Origin: Octopus sinensis
Lineage: Eukaryota
Direction: 5' to 3'
Assembly (NCBI RefSeq): GCF_006345805.1
Contig: NC_042997.1
Coordinates: 115,320,001 to 115,384,000 of the forward strand
Length of the DNA stretch: 64,000 nucleotides
The translations under genes and the position numbers were made by a program. The first letter of the stretch is position 1. Every line of letters starts with the position of its first letter. The notes beneath the pieces are model-generated. The model had not been told where the DNA came from. It ran no database searches and was given only the letters and a program-made list of their open reading frames with translations. This document shows positions 1 through 11,729 of the stretch, piece by piece.

Positions 1-150
1 TTTTTTCAGTTTCCGTCTACCAAATCCACTTACAAGGCTTTGGTCGGCCCGAGGCTATAGTAGAAGACACTTGCCCAAGGTGCCACGCAGTGGGACTGAA
101 CCCAGGACCGTGTGGTTGGTAAGCAAGCCACTTACCACACAGTCACGCCC
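1..150 (-). mobile_element. tRNA-derived SINE, family C head/core (cut by window edge)
   Basis: Reverse complement of the recurrent gtggctgtgtggtaag...ggttcagtcccactgcgtggcaccttgggcaagtgtcttctactatagcctcgggccgacc motif seen many times in the window. Confidence 0.8.
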
Positions 151-189
151 GGGAATGATTTGTAGCTGTGTCTGTGTGTCCCTCTGAAG

Positions 190-515
190 CGAAGGTGCGT
201 GGTTTAGGGGTTAGAGCATTCGGTTCACGATCTTAAGATCACAAGTTCGATTCCTGGTGACGCGTTGTGTCCTTGAGCAAGATACTTTATTTCACGTTGC
301 TCCGGTCCACTCAGCTGGCAAAAATGAGCTGTACCTATATTTCAAAGGGCCAGCCCTATCGCATTCTCTGTCACGCTGAATCTTCCTGAGAACTACGTTT
401 AGGGCACACGTGTCTGTGGAGTGCTCAGCCACTTGCACATTAATTTTACGAGCAGGCTGTTCTGTTGATCGGATCAACTGGAACACTCGTCGTCGTAACC
501 GACGGAGGACCAGTT
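190..515 (+). mobile_element. tRNA-derived SINE, family D
   Basis: A-box-like tggtttaggggttag, B-box gttcgattcc, central gtgtccttgagcaagatacttt, 3' gtcgtcgtaaccgacgga; second copy at ~57978-58300. Confidence 0.75.
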
Positions 516-689
516 AAATGTGATATGTAATTTGTCCTATGCGTGTATTTCTGTTGGGATTCAATTATTTGAACTAATTAATGTATCATTATAATTCTAA
601 ATGGCTTCTTAGTGCTTAATTAATACGAAAATATGATAAGCTGCATTCTAATTCCGATATTTCTAATTCTATTAACTCATAATCCTTTC

Positions 690-1255
690 TACTAAAAGCA
701 CAAGGCCTGAAGTTTGGGGGAGGAGGGATAGTCAATTACATCGACCCCAGTACTCAGCTGGTACTTATTTGATCGATTCTGAAAGTATGAAAGGCAAAGT
801 CCACCTCAGCAGAATTTGAACTCAGAACGTAAAGACGCTAAGCATTTTGCCCAGTGTACTAACGATCCTTTCTACTTTTGGTACACAGCCTGGATTTTGG
901 GGGGAAGGGGGGAGGTCGATCGCATCAATCCCAGTACTCAACTGGTACTTGATTTATCAATCCCGAAAGGATGAAAGTAAAGCTGAACAGAATTTGAACT
1001 CAGAACGTAGCGACGGGCGAAATACCTATTTCTTTACTGCCCACAAGGGGCTACACACAGAGGGGACAAACAAGGACAGATAAACGGATTAAGTCGATTA
1101 CATCGATCCCAGTGCGTAACTGGTACTTATTTAATCGAACCCGAAAGGATGAAAGGTAAAGCTGTACTCGGCAGAATTTGAACTCAGAACGTAGCGACGT
1201 ACCACTAAGCATTTCGACCGGCGTGCTAACGACCCTGCCAGCTCGTTGCCTTAAT
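690..1255 (-). mobile_element. Cluster of partial family A SINE copies
   Basis: Repeated reverse complements of gttctgagttcaaattc(c/t)gc...ctttcatcctttcgggg. Confidence 0.8.
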
Positions 1256-2438
1256 TCTAGCTACTTACAATAAACAGTGATTATATATTCATTAAAAGTT
1301 TAATTATAATCTATAATGTTATTCTGCATGACACGATATGCGTTCGTAAGTTACACTGTTGTCAAGCTTCACTATGGAAGCTTCAATCGGTAACTTTAAA
1401 ATTACAAAATAATGTAATGAGCAATCATGGGTTTATGCATCTAATTAGAAATAAAAGCTTTCATAAAAAGGTAGAATGTCCACGAACGAGAATTGTTAGT
1501 ATAATAGTAATATAGTTACAACTACATACATGTATATTCAATATACAACATTATATGTGTGTGTGTGTGTGTGTGGAGATGTTTGTGGGTATATATAAGG
1601 TGCACAAACAAATATTGTATATTGGTTATTATTTTGACCTTCAACGAGAAGGTAGAAGTATCTTTGATATTTCGAGCAGAAGCTATTCTTCAAAATGTTA
1701 AAAAGTTAAGTAGAAGGAAAAGTGTAAAAAAAAGGAAGAAAAAACGAAAGTAACGGAGATCAGTAACGGAAACGGTGATCAGCAACTGACATACAATATC
1801 ATATAGTTGAGGGTCCAGTTGTATTTAGTTACTTATGAAAACGTTGGCACATTACTCGAAAAGTATATGATCAAGTGATGCTCTGTATCGCTCGTGCAAT
1901 CTCGTTAATCAATGATCCTTTCACACCTATTTTGGCTAGTACAATAAAGTCTATTCTTCGTAGAGGAGGTCCAATAAGACCGGAACATGTCGGGAGTTGC
2001 TTAAAAACTTAAAATAATATAATAGTCCATGACTCATATCGTTTATTTTATTCTCACTACATAATTACTTTTAGTTAACATGGTGCAGGTGTGGATGTCT
2101 GGTTAGCAACCTGCTTTCCAACCACATGGTTCCAAGTTCAGTCTCGCCGCGTGACACTTTGGGCAAGTATCTTCTACTATAGCTCTGGGCCCAGCAAAGC
2201 CTTGTTGTTGGTAGACGGAAACTGAAAGAAGCCCGCCGTATATATGTATATATATATATATATATATAACATAAGGGACTAAAGCCATCTGAATATGGCT
2301 AGGGACAGGGCAGGGTGGTGGGGGTGTTACTGTTGCATTTAGCCCCAGGCGAACATCGACGTCGCCAGATAGGCTTGACACCATCACGGTGTCCTTTAAC
2401 CTGCAAAGGGAGATAATTCCCCGATGAAGCGGAAACCA

Positions 2439-2484
2439 CACACGGACCATGGTTTCAAGGTGTATTGCCTATCATCAACGTGTG
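2439..2484 (-). ncRNA. Minimal type-I hammerhead ribozyme motif
   Basis: Minus strand: CACACG-UUGAUGA-U-AGG(caauaca)CCU-U-GAA-ACCAUGGU-C-CGUGUG. Confidence 0.7.
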
Positions 2485-2818
2485 GTAGACCATGGTCCGT
2501 GTGTGGTTTCAGCTTCATCGGGGAATTATCTCCCTTTGCAGGTTAAAGGACACCGTGATGGTGTCAAGCCTATCTGGCGACGTCGATGTTCGCCTGGGGC
2601 TAAATGCAACAGTAACACCCCCACAACCCTGCCCTGTCCCTAGCCATATTCAGATGGCTTTAGTCCCTTATGTTATGGCGCAGTTACTGTCTATATCTCA
2701 TTTAGAGAATTATTATTGCTGTCGAACAGATTTTCGAAATCAGCAAATGTATTTTGCTTGAAAATCTATATATAAATATCCTGCAGAGTGAGATTTCGTC
2801 GAGGAAGCGGGGGCCTAC

Positions 2819-2864
2819 CACACGTTGATGATAGGCAATACACCTTGAAACCATGGTCCGTGTG
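2819..2864 (+). ncRNA. Minimal type-I hammerhead ribozyme motif, predicted GUC cleavage after 2858
   Basis: Stem I CACACG/CGTGTG, core TTGATGA (C3U variant), stem II AGG/CCT, GAAA, self-complementary ACCATGGT stem III. Confidence 0.72.
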
Positions 2865-3074
2865 TGGTTTCCGCTTCATCGGGGAATTATCTCCCTTTGC
2901 AGGTTAAAGGACACCGTGATGGTGTCAAGCCTATCTGGCGACGTCGATGTTCGCCTGGGGCTAAATGCAACAGTAACACCCCCACCACCCTGCCCTGTCC
3001 CTAGGCATATTCAGATGGCTTTAGTCCCTTATGTTATGGAGCAGTTACTGTCTATATCTCATTTAGAGAATTAT

Positions 3075-3129
<55 letters not shown>

Positions 3130-3130
3130 A

Positions 3131-3170
<40 letters not shown>

Positions 3171-3203
3171 GTGTATATATATACTTTATTTAAAGCAGCA
3201 GAA

Positions 3204-3239
<36 letters not shown>

Positions 3240-3240
3240 C

Positions 3241-3329
<89 letters not shown>

Positions 3330-3338
3330 CATATATAT

Positions 3339-3385
<47 letters not shown>

Positions 3386-3639
3386 TATGTGTGTGTCTTC
3401 GTGTGTGTTCCACAACCGCTGTTAGTGTGTTTACGTCCCCATAACTTGGTAATTCGGCAAAAAGACAGAAAGAATAAGTGCTTGGCGTAAAAAAGGTCCT
3501 GGAGTCGATTCCTTCGAGTAAAAATTTTCAAGGCGGTACCCCAGCATGGCCACAGTCTGACGACTGAAACGGCTAAGAGATAGAAGACGGCCAATGCTAT
3601 ATGCATTAAATTTTAATACTAACTTTACTGTAGTTAATC

Positions 3640-3850
3640 CTTTATGCTAGAGGCACGAGACCTAAAATTTTTTGAGTGAGGGGACTAGTCGATTATACCG
3701 GCCCCTGTGTTTCACTGGTACTTAATTTATCGATCCCGAAATGATGTAAGACAAATTCGACCTCGGCGGAATTTGAACTCAGAACGTAAATATAGACGAA
3801 ATGCCGCTAAGCATTTCGCCTGGCGTGCTAACGCTTCTGCTAGTTTGCCT
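3640..3850 (-). mobile_element. Family A SINE
   Basis: ttcgacctcggcggaatttgaactcagaacg = reverse complement of the family A B-box region. Confidence 0.75.
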
Positions 3851-4408
3851 TATTCCAGGTAAAATAATGAGTGAAGTTTCGTACAGGAAGAAATGAAATT
3901 CTTTCATTACTTAATCCGATCAATTTTCAATATCGAATGCAGCACGGAGATGGCCGTGTGGTCAAGAAGCTTGCTTTGCAACTAAATGGTTTCTGGTTCA
4001 ATCCTACTGTGCGGCACTTTGAGCAAGTATATTCTACTATAGTCCCGGGCTAACCAGTATCTTGTGAGTGAATTCAAGGGATGGAAACCGTGCGAAAGCT
4101 TATCTTATATACATACATACATACATACATACATACATACATACATACATACATACATACATACATACATACATACATACATACATACATACATACATGT
4201 GTGTGTGTGTATATATACACACACACACATATATACATACATAGCAACATACAAATACTTATACACCCCCATACACACACAAGTCAAAGTAGGACATTGG
4301 CAAAATTCTTGGTATTTTTTATTCTCCATTATATATGTTTCGTTTGCGAATAGGAGTTACAAAATTATCCATACAAGAAAAAACGTAGGATATCTCCTAT
4401 TAGAAATT

Positions 4409-4479
<71 letters not shown>

Positions 4480-5197
4480 TATATATATATACATATATAT
4501 ACATATATATTTTATTCATTATTCCTTTAGGTTTTGGTTAATGTAAGTTTGATTGTTACATTAATTGGTAATGTTTTACCTATATTTACAATCCAAAATG
4601 TCCACCTCCTGCTTTTTCCATTTTTAAATTTTCCCATTATTCTGGCCATTTTCAATCCTACAATTTATTCACATTTTGTTTGAACCGCCATATTTAATTT
4701 AGGATAAACAATAAAACAAAAGAATGTTCGGAAGTTTTATGTAATATTTTTGCGAATAAAAATGTCACGATTTATTGCTGAATAATGGGATAATTGTTTT
4801 ATATAATTAATGGGTAAATGTATATGATGCATCAGGTACATACACATGCGCATACATACACATGCACAGAGTCATATGTCTATCTGTGTGTGTCTTTCTG
4901 TCTGCATTTATCACCCCTTACCACTGCTTGACAACCGGTGTTAGATTGTTTACGTCACCGTAACTTAGTAGTTCAGCAAAAAGATCGACAAAATGAGCAC
5001 CAGACTTGAAAAAGAACATAAGTACTGGCGTCGATTTGCTCGACTAAAATTCTTCAGGGCCCCAGCATGGCCGCAGTCTGAAACAAATAAGAAAAAATAA
5101 AGTAAAATGAGGAAAACAATGGTTCTAAAAATTTATTTGTCGTCGTGGGACGACTTTCGATGATAAATTCGGCTTTGAAGTATTTAAAAAGAAATTA

Positions 5198-5369
5198 CCG
5201 TATTTTGTGGAACTCGGGTATAAGTTGCACCCCCAATTTAGTGTTAAATATTGAGACAATATTTTTTCTCGTTATAGTTTTAGCAGGGCCTCTTGTATAT
5301 ATGACAACCAGCTTTTTCCTTTTTAAAATCAAGTATAAAATAACGCGATTTATAGACGAGTAAATACGG
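5198..5369. mobile_element. Tc2/pogo-type MITE
   Basis: Terminal inverted repeats CCGTATTT.../...AAATACGG flanked by TA on both sides (5196-5197, 5370-5371). Confidence 0.65.
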
Positions 5370-5955
5370 TATACAAAATTTTTGCTAAATGCCAGATTGT
5401 ATAGGAAACCCACTCACAGTAGAAGTAAAGTGATTGGCTAGAAATGTATCCATCTCCAGACTATAACGGTTTTAGGCATTCAAGATATGGAGATTTGTGT
5501 GTTAGATGTAACTAGAATATGAATAAATCTGGTGGCAACACTAAAAGAATCAATCTTTGGTAGATTCTAAAATGCGATTTGTTTGGTCTAAAATAACCAT
5601 TCGTATGACGGACATTTTGCCCGTCGTGCTAACATTTCTGCCCGTTTGCCGCCTTATCCCAGGTAAAATAATGAGTTTCGTATAGGAAGAAATGAAATTC
5701 TTTCATTACTTAATCAGATCAATTTTCAATATCGAATGCAGCACAGGTATGACTGTATGGTCAAGAAGCTTGCTTTGCAACTAAATGGTTTCTGGTTCAA
5801 TCCTACTGTGCACCTTGGGCAAGTATATTCCACTATAGTCCCGGGCTAACCAATATCTTATGAGTGAATTCGGGGGATGGAAACTGTGCGAAAGCTTATC
5901 TTATATACATACACACATATATATATGTATGTGTGTCTGTGTGTATGTATATATA

Positions 5956-6006
<51 letters not shown>

Positions 6007-6070
6007 GGTCCCAGGTTGAGTCGGGGTTAACCACAGTAAATAAGGTACTCAATACATAGCAGAGTAAATT

Positions 6071-6196
6071 AATTTATTTTATAGAAGGAGCTTCTACAGG
6101 ACTAGAACTGTTTCAATCAAAAGAAATCATCAGGAAGCTTCCTGATGATTTCTTTTGAATGAATCAGTTCTAGTCCTGTAGAAGCTCCTTCTATAA

Positions 6197-6204
<8 letters not shown>
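6071..6204. repeat. Spacer-less 134-bp palindrome with a hammerhead motif on each strand
   Basis: 67-bp arms centred on AAGCTT (6135-6140), 2 mismatches. Confidence 0.9.
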
Positions 6205-6280
<76 letters not shown>

Positions 6281-8171
6281 TACACACACACACATTTATA
6301 TACACACACACATATATATACACACACATATATATATATATATACATATACATACTTAGCCACATACAAATACTTATACACCCCCCCTCCACAAGTCACA
6401 ATAGGACATTGGCAAAATTTCTTCAAATATTTATGTTCACATAAATAAACTGACAGAACATAACATACCTCACTTCTATTTATTTCCCGTTCATATCACA
6501 AAAGAACACAAATCTTATATCTAGTAAATACTTTTTAAAGCAACGTTGAGAGTCGCAATTACCCATACTTAGAATATTTTAAGTAATAAAATAGTTACTG
6601 ATGTGTTGTTTAAAATATGCAAGAGGGTGTAGATTACATATTGTAATTGTCTTTGTTAAATCCCAGATTAGCACTAATCAAGCAAGTCTAGAGTTATTCC
6701 AGACGTGATTACCCGCTCCTTTTGCTTCCAGATAAGTATACCTGGGATTACACCATCTAATGTGTCTTTGTATTTCTGAGACGGTAGGGTGTGATTTGAG
6801 TAGCATTTAGATGCTATTTCTAAGCAGGACGAGCGACCCCGTGCACATCCTCGTATCGGTTCCTATATTCTATTGTCTGTAATGTGAATATGTATGTATA
6901 TACGATTGTATGTGTGTATACATGTGTTTGGTATATGTATGTAGATAGATAGAAACAAAGATCGACTCTTCAGCACATGATAACACTACACACACACACA
7001 CATACACCCACTCACACACAAACACAAATAAATAAAGAATTTAAGCTGTAGTTCATCTCATTTCCTTAAAAATATTGGAAGACTTTTTTTTTACATGTGT
7101 ATGGATTTAAAGAAAAAATTCTTCCATTACTCTGGACTAATTTTATTGACATACATAAGTATGAAAGTTTTACATGGAAAAATAGGAATGGCTCATCGTC
7201 GGAAAGAAGAAAACGTCCAGAGAGGAGGAAAAAGAGGAGTGTGTGTACGCGCGTATGTGGGAAGAATCTAATAGGTTTTATGTACCCGGGTGGCATTCTT
7301 GTAGACAAGAGAAAAACAAAATCTTTTGACCAATGCTTCCTTGGCTAGATCAATACAATACTTTAGAAATCCATTTAAATATGAGTCATTGATTTCTAAC
7401 ATAGAGGTATTTAATTTTGATGGGCGGTGTATAATACATTGAAACGAATCTACTACTTCATTTTATCGGCCACGGAAAGATGAAAGGAAAAAAAATAAAA
7501 CACCTGGGTGTGATTTGAACTCAAAGACCCACAATGATTAAATATCTTTGCCCGTTGCTCTACCGCTTCTGCTAATCCAGCGTCTTACTACCATTGTTTA
7601 AAGTAAAACTAAAATATAGCAGTGATAACAATTATTTCCTCCCACACAGTTTTACAACATCAATTATGTTAGAAAGTTATATGAGAAAATATCATAGAAA
7701 ATACCGCATCCAAAACGTTGCTCGTTAATCTTATCATAAAACTAATCTGTAATTAATAAGCAATAGTTGGACTTTAAATAATAATTAATCTTGGTGGACA
7801 CGTAGAGATTCTCTTCTAATTACTTGCTTGATTAAATACTCAATTAGGATCAACTGATCTAAATTAGGAGAATATCGAAAACCATAACGCATCACAATAG
7901 CCACACTGAATTACATTTAGAAATTGCTTGTGGACGTGTTTGGTATACTATATATGATATGTCCATGGAATATGTATATATACATAGGATATATATATAT
8001 AAATATAAAAGAGTGAAAAACTACAGAAGGCTTATGTTATAAGGTTAAAGAATATATTTAAGTCGTTATGTTAGAAAAATGTTATAAAATTTTGTGTATA
8101 GTAACATAGTTTTTGGAGAAATAATATTTTTTATACATCCAATCACGTGCTTTCACACACCAACTCTCTCA

Positions 8172-8236
<65 letters not shown>

Positions 8237-8899
8237 TTATGTGTATGTGTCTTTGTGTGTGTATTAGTTCTCTAATCATCGCTTGATAACCGATGCTGGT
8301 GTGTTTACGTCCCCGTAACTTAGCAGTTCGGCAAAAGAAACCGACACAGTAAGTACTAGGCTTATGAAGAGTAAGTCCTGGGTGGGGGGAATCAATTTCT
8401 CCGATTAAAAAAACCCATTTGAAGCGGTGCTCCAGCATGGCCGCAGTCAAATGACTGAAGCGAGTAAAAGAATAAAAGAATACAAAGACACCGAGAGACA
8501 TAGAATTTGACAAGCTCTCTCCGACGCCTACGTATGAGGATCGTGTGACCGTATGAACTATTACTGCGCCAAAAGCTAAGACTGTGTTAGTCCAGTAAAT
8601 GTGCCACGTGACTACACGCGATGTCTGCGTATTAAGGTCACGTGACTGTCCGGACAAATACTTGCGCCAAAAGCCAAGACTGCATTAATCCTTTGAATGT
8701 ATCATGCGGCAGTGACAGTTGCAGGTTGCTTGTTAAATATAGAGGAATAGATTGTTGCTTGTTTGCGAGAGACAGTAAGTCAGATATATCTGTATGCGGT
8801 TGTCTATGTGCTTGTGTGTGAAAGTGTAAACTAAAATGGCATTGTGTTTCATTAGTTTAATGCCTTAAATGTTAGTAAATTGTTAGTAAGTGTACCTTT

Positions 8900-9675
8900 T
8901 CGATATGTTATTATAACTTATTCAGTAGTCATTTGTATTTTCAATAAACATATTTTCTTTTTTTAAAACTGTGTTTGATGTGTAGTTTTGTCAGAACAAC
9001 GATAAAGAACGAAGACTTGGAATTTTGGGTATTTGTTGCAAAATGGTTTAAATGCTCCTTTAGTAGATGTCTAACAATGGAATCTCGCATTTGTTGGCGA
9101 TAAATTGACAAGCTATTTCTCAAGTTAAGTTTCCTTTGTCCTATGTAATCTTCGTTACATGCCGTACATCCAATAGCGTAAGTGAATACTTTTGACCAAC
9201 AGGTGAAGTAATTTTTTTTATTGAAAATATTTCCTGATTTAAATTTATCCGATGCATCTCCAAAAGCGTTAACGCAAGTTTCACAATCAGAGAGCGACGA
9301 CATTTTTTGAATATTTGTCTCATGCTCTTAGTTGAAATTTGTCTTTGGTTCGTAATTTTTAAAGGATTTTGTTCTGGGTTATTTTGTGAATTATGAGTGT
9401 TTTTTTTACATTACTGGGTTTTGCTTTAATAATGGAATATTTTGATGGATAATGTATATTTCTATATTCCGGTAGTTGTGTGTTGTAGCATACGGTAAAG
9501 TACTGGGCGTATCTGAAGCGTCTTTTTTGTTATGGATTTGGAAGAATCAATAGAAATGTCTGGTTTTGCATACAATGCTTTAACAAACAATTACTTGCTT
9601 GTTAGAACTTTCTTAACAACCTATAGGTGAATAAAAGTGCTAAGTGTCTTCATTGTTTTTCAATATTGGTAATTG
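8900..9675 (-). pseudogene. Decayed Penelope-like element: post-RT linker and GIY-YIG endonuclease
   Basis: ORF 8941-9303: DCETC...FTCWSKVFTYAIGCTACNEDYIGQ...LRN...RQQMRD...EHL; upstream broken frames give LPYATTHNYRN...HQNIPLLKQNP. Confidence 0.75.
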
Positions 9676-9679
9676 CTAA

Positions 9680-9950
9680 GGCGGCGAGATGGCAGAATCG
9701 TTAGCATGCTGGGCAAAATGCTTAGCGGTATTTTCACTGTCTCTACGTTCCTAGTTCAAATTCCGCCGAGGAATGCTTAGCAGCATTTTGTGTCTTTACA
9801 GTCCGAGTTCAAATTCTGCTAAGGTCGACTTTGCCTTTCATCTTTTCGGGTTGATAAATTAAGTACCAGTTGCATACTGGGAGTAGATCTAGTCGACTGG
9901 TCCCCTCCCCAAAAAATTCTGGCCTTGTGCCTAGAGTAGAAAAGATTACA
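9680..9950 (+). mobile_element. Family A SINE (duplicated head) with (TTA)n tail
   Basis: ggcggcgagatggcagaatcgttagc; gttcaaattc occurs twice; 3' ggccttgtgcctagagtagaaaaga. Confidence 0.8.
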
Positions 9951-10014
<64 letters not shown>

Positions 10015-10021
10015 TATTATT

Positions 10022-11352
10022 TATGGGTTTTTCTTCTTTCAAATTTGCTTCCATTTCTTGCCGAGTGTCTTCCTGACTCCTAGGGCAAAGAAACTCATAG
10101 TATACATTGGTAGGCCATTAAACTAAACTAAATTTGATAGAAATAAAGATAAATTAAAATACATGGGTAGTAATAGTTCTCACATCGACAATGCTCTTCT
10201 CAATACGAGTGATGTACCAGTTAAGACAATCTTTTGCACTTCTTGCAGGGATGGTAAGCCAGGGATCATTCTCATATAATTTTCGGTTCCCTTCTTGATC
10301 ATTCCTAGTGCTCCTACGATCACTGGTATTGTAACCGCCTTGAGATGCCACATTTTCTCAATTTCAATGAGTAGGTCTTTATATTTTCTGAGTTTGTCAA
10401 ACTCTTTCGCTGAGATATTATGATCACAGGGGATGCTCATGTCGATCAATAAGCAAACTTTATTGTTTTGGTCTTTCACAACAATATCAGGTTTATTGGC
10501 TTTGATGGTTCGGTCTGTATGTACTGGGAAGTCCCACAGAATCGTTACACTTTCTCCTTCAGTTACAGCTTCAGGGTGGTGATTATACCACTTGTCGGCA
10601 GTTTTGATATTGTAACGCCGACTTATTAGCCAGTGTAGATATTGGCCAACACTGCCATGTCTTAATTTATACTCCACTGGTGCTAAGACTTTACATCCAG
10701 AGATTAGGTGGTCCACTGTTTCAATCATGTCGTTGCAGAATCGGCATTTTGGGTCTGCTCCATTTTTCATCACATTGGCCTGGTAGTTCCAGGTTAATAG
10801 GCTTTGATCTTGAGCAGCCAGGATGAAACCTTCGCTCTCTGCTTTTAGCCCTGAGCTCCGTAGCCACTGATAGGTTTGCTTCTGGTCAACATCAGCTTGT
10901 TTGCTACGGGCCACATATTTGCCGTGCAGAGGTTTCTCCTCGCACCTATCAGCCAATTGCTCGTGCGCTTTTTTCGTTGCCATTATTTTCACCTTCTTTG
11001 CAACAATAGTTGCCGTACTTCCCTCGGGTTGTTCAGTTTGGGTATCCTGCACGAGATCAATAGCAATTATTTTGCTTTCCTTTATGATAGAATGAAGCTT
11101 CTTTCGTCTCTCGTGATTTTCCACGAGCTTTAGCATCCAGTCATTCGTTATTTCAAGATATTTGCCCAGTCCAATTGTGATTGTTCTGTAAGCTAGTTCA
11201 AATTGGATCAGGCCTCGACCTCCTTGGGCTCTGGGGAGGTAAAGGCGATCTACGTCTGCCTTTGGGTGGTGCATCCTATTACAACTCAGCAGCTTGCGTA
11301 TTTTCCTATCTATTTTCTTTACTTCACTCATATTCCAGCTCAACACATTATA
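10022..11352 (-). mobile_element. 5'-truncated R4/Dong-type non-LTR retrotransposon (RT thumb, CCHC knuckle, restriction-like endonuclease)
   Basis: Open 388-aa frame 10180-11346: HPKADVDRLYLPRAQGGRGL, CRFC..ETVDHLISGC, ILWDF..TDRTIKANKPDIVV..LLIDMSIP..K..KY..L, PVIVGALG; ~158-bp 3' UTR running into (TAA)n. Confidence 0.9.
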
Positions 11353-11355
11353 ATG

Positions 11356-11398
<43 letters not shown>

Positions 11399-11421
11399 TA
11401 ATAATAATATCCTGGAATTAA

Positions 11422-11510
<89 letters not shown>

Positions 11511-11511
<1 letters not shown>

Positions 11512-11725
11512 GGCAGCGAGCTGGCAGAAATGTTAGCATGCCAGGCAAAATGCTTAGAAGCATTTCTTCTGTCTCTACGTTCTGAGTTCAAATTCCACTA
11601 AGGTCAACTTTGCCTTTTATCCTTTCTGGAGAGTCGATAAAATAAATACCAGTTGACTACTGGAGCCGATGTAATCGATTTACCATCTCTCCTGAAATTG
11701 CCGGCCTTGAGTCACAATTGGAAAC
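11511..11725 (+). mobile_element. Family A SINE
   Basis: aggcagcgagctggcagaaatgttagc...gttctgagttcaaattccac, preceded by (TTA)n. Confidence 0.8.
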
Positions 11726-11729
11726 CATT

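Larger units (their letters stand above)
2266..3077. mobile_element. Hammerhead-containing retrozyme/Penelope-pLTR-like element: one inverted copy plus a tandem 361-bp unit
   Basis: 2266-2488 is the reverse complement of 2815-3035; 2489-2849 followed by 2850-3077 is a head-to-tail repeat (ACCATGGT at 2489 and 2850); flanked by (TA)n on both sides. Confidence 0.8.
2082..3590 (+). mobile_element. Family C composite SINE: head 2082-2238 and tail ~3385-3590, split by an insertion in its internal (TA)n tract
   Basis: Head ends gaaagaagcccgccg(ta)n; tail gtgtttacgtcccc...cagcatggccacagtc follows the TA tract, the same order as the intact copy at ~60040-60470. Confidence 0.65.

Noticed and set aside
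2103-3239. Three similar ORFs beginning MVRVWF
   Set aside because: They are translations of the repeated hammerhead unit; the ATG is part of the stem III palindrome and there is no protein-like signal
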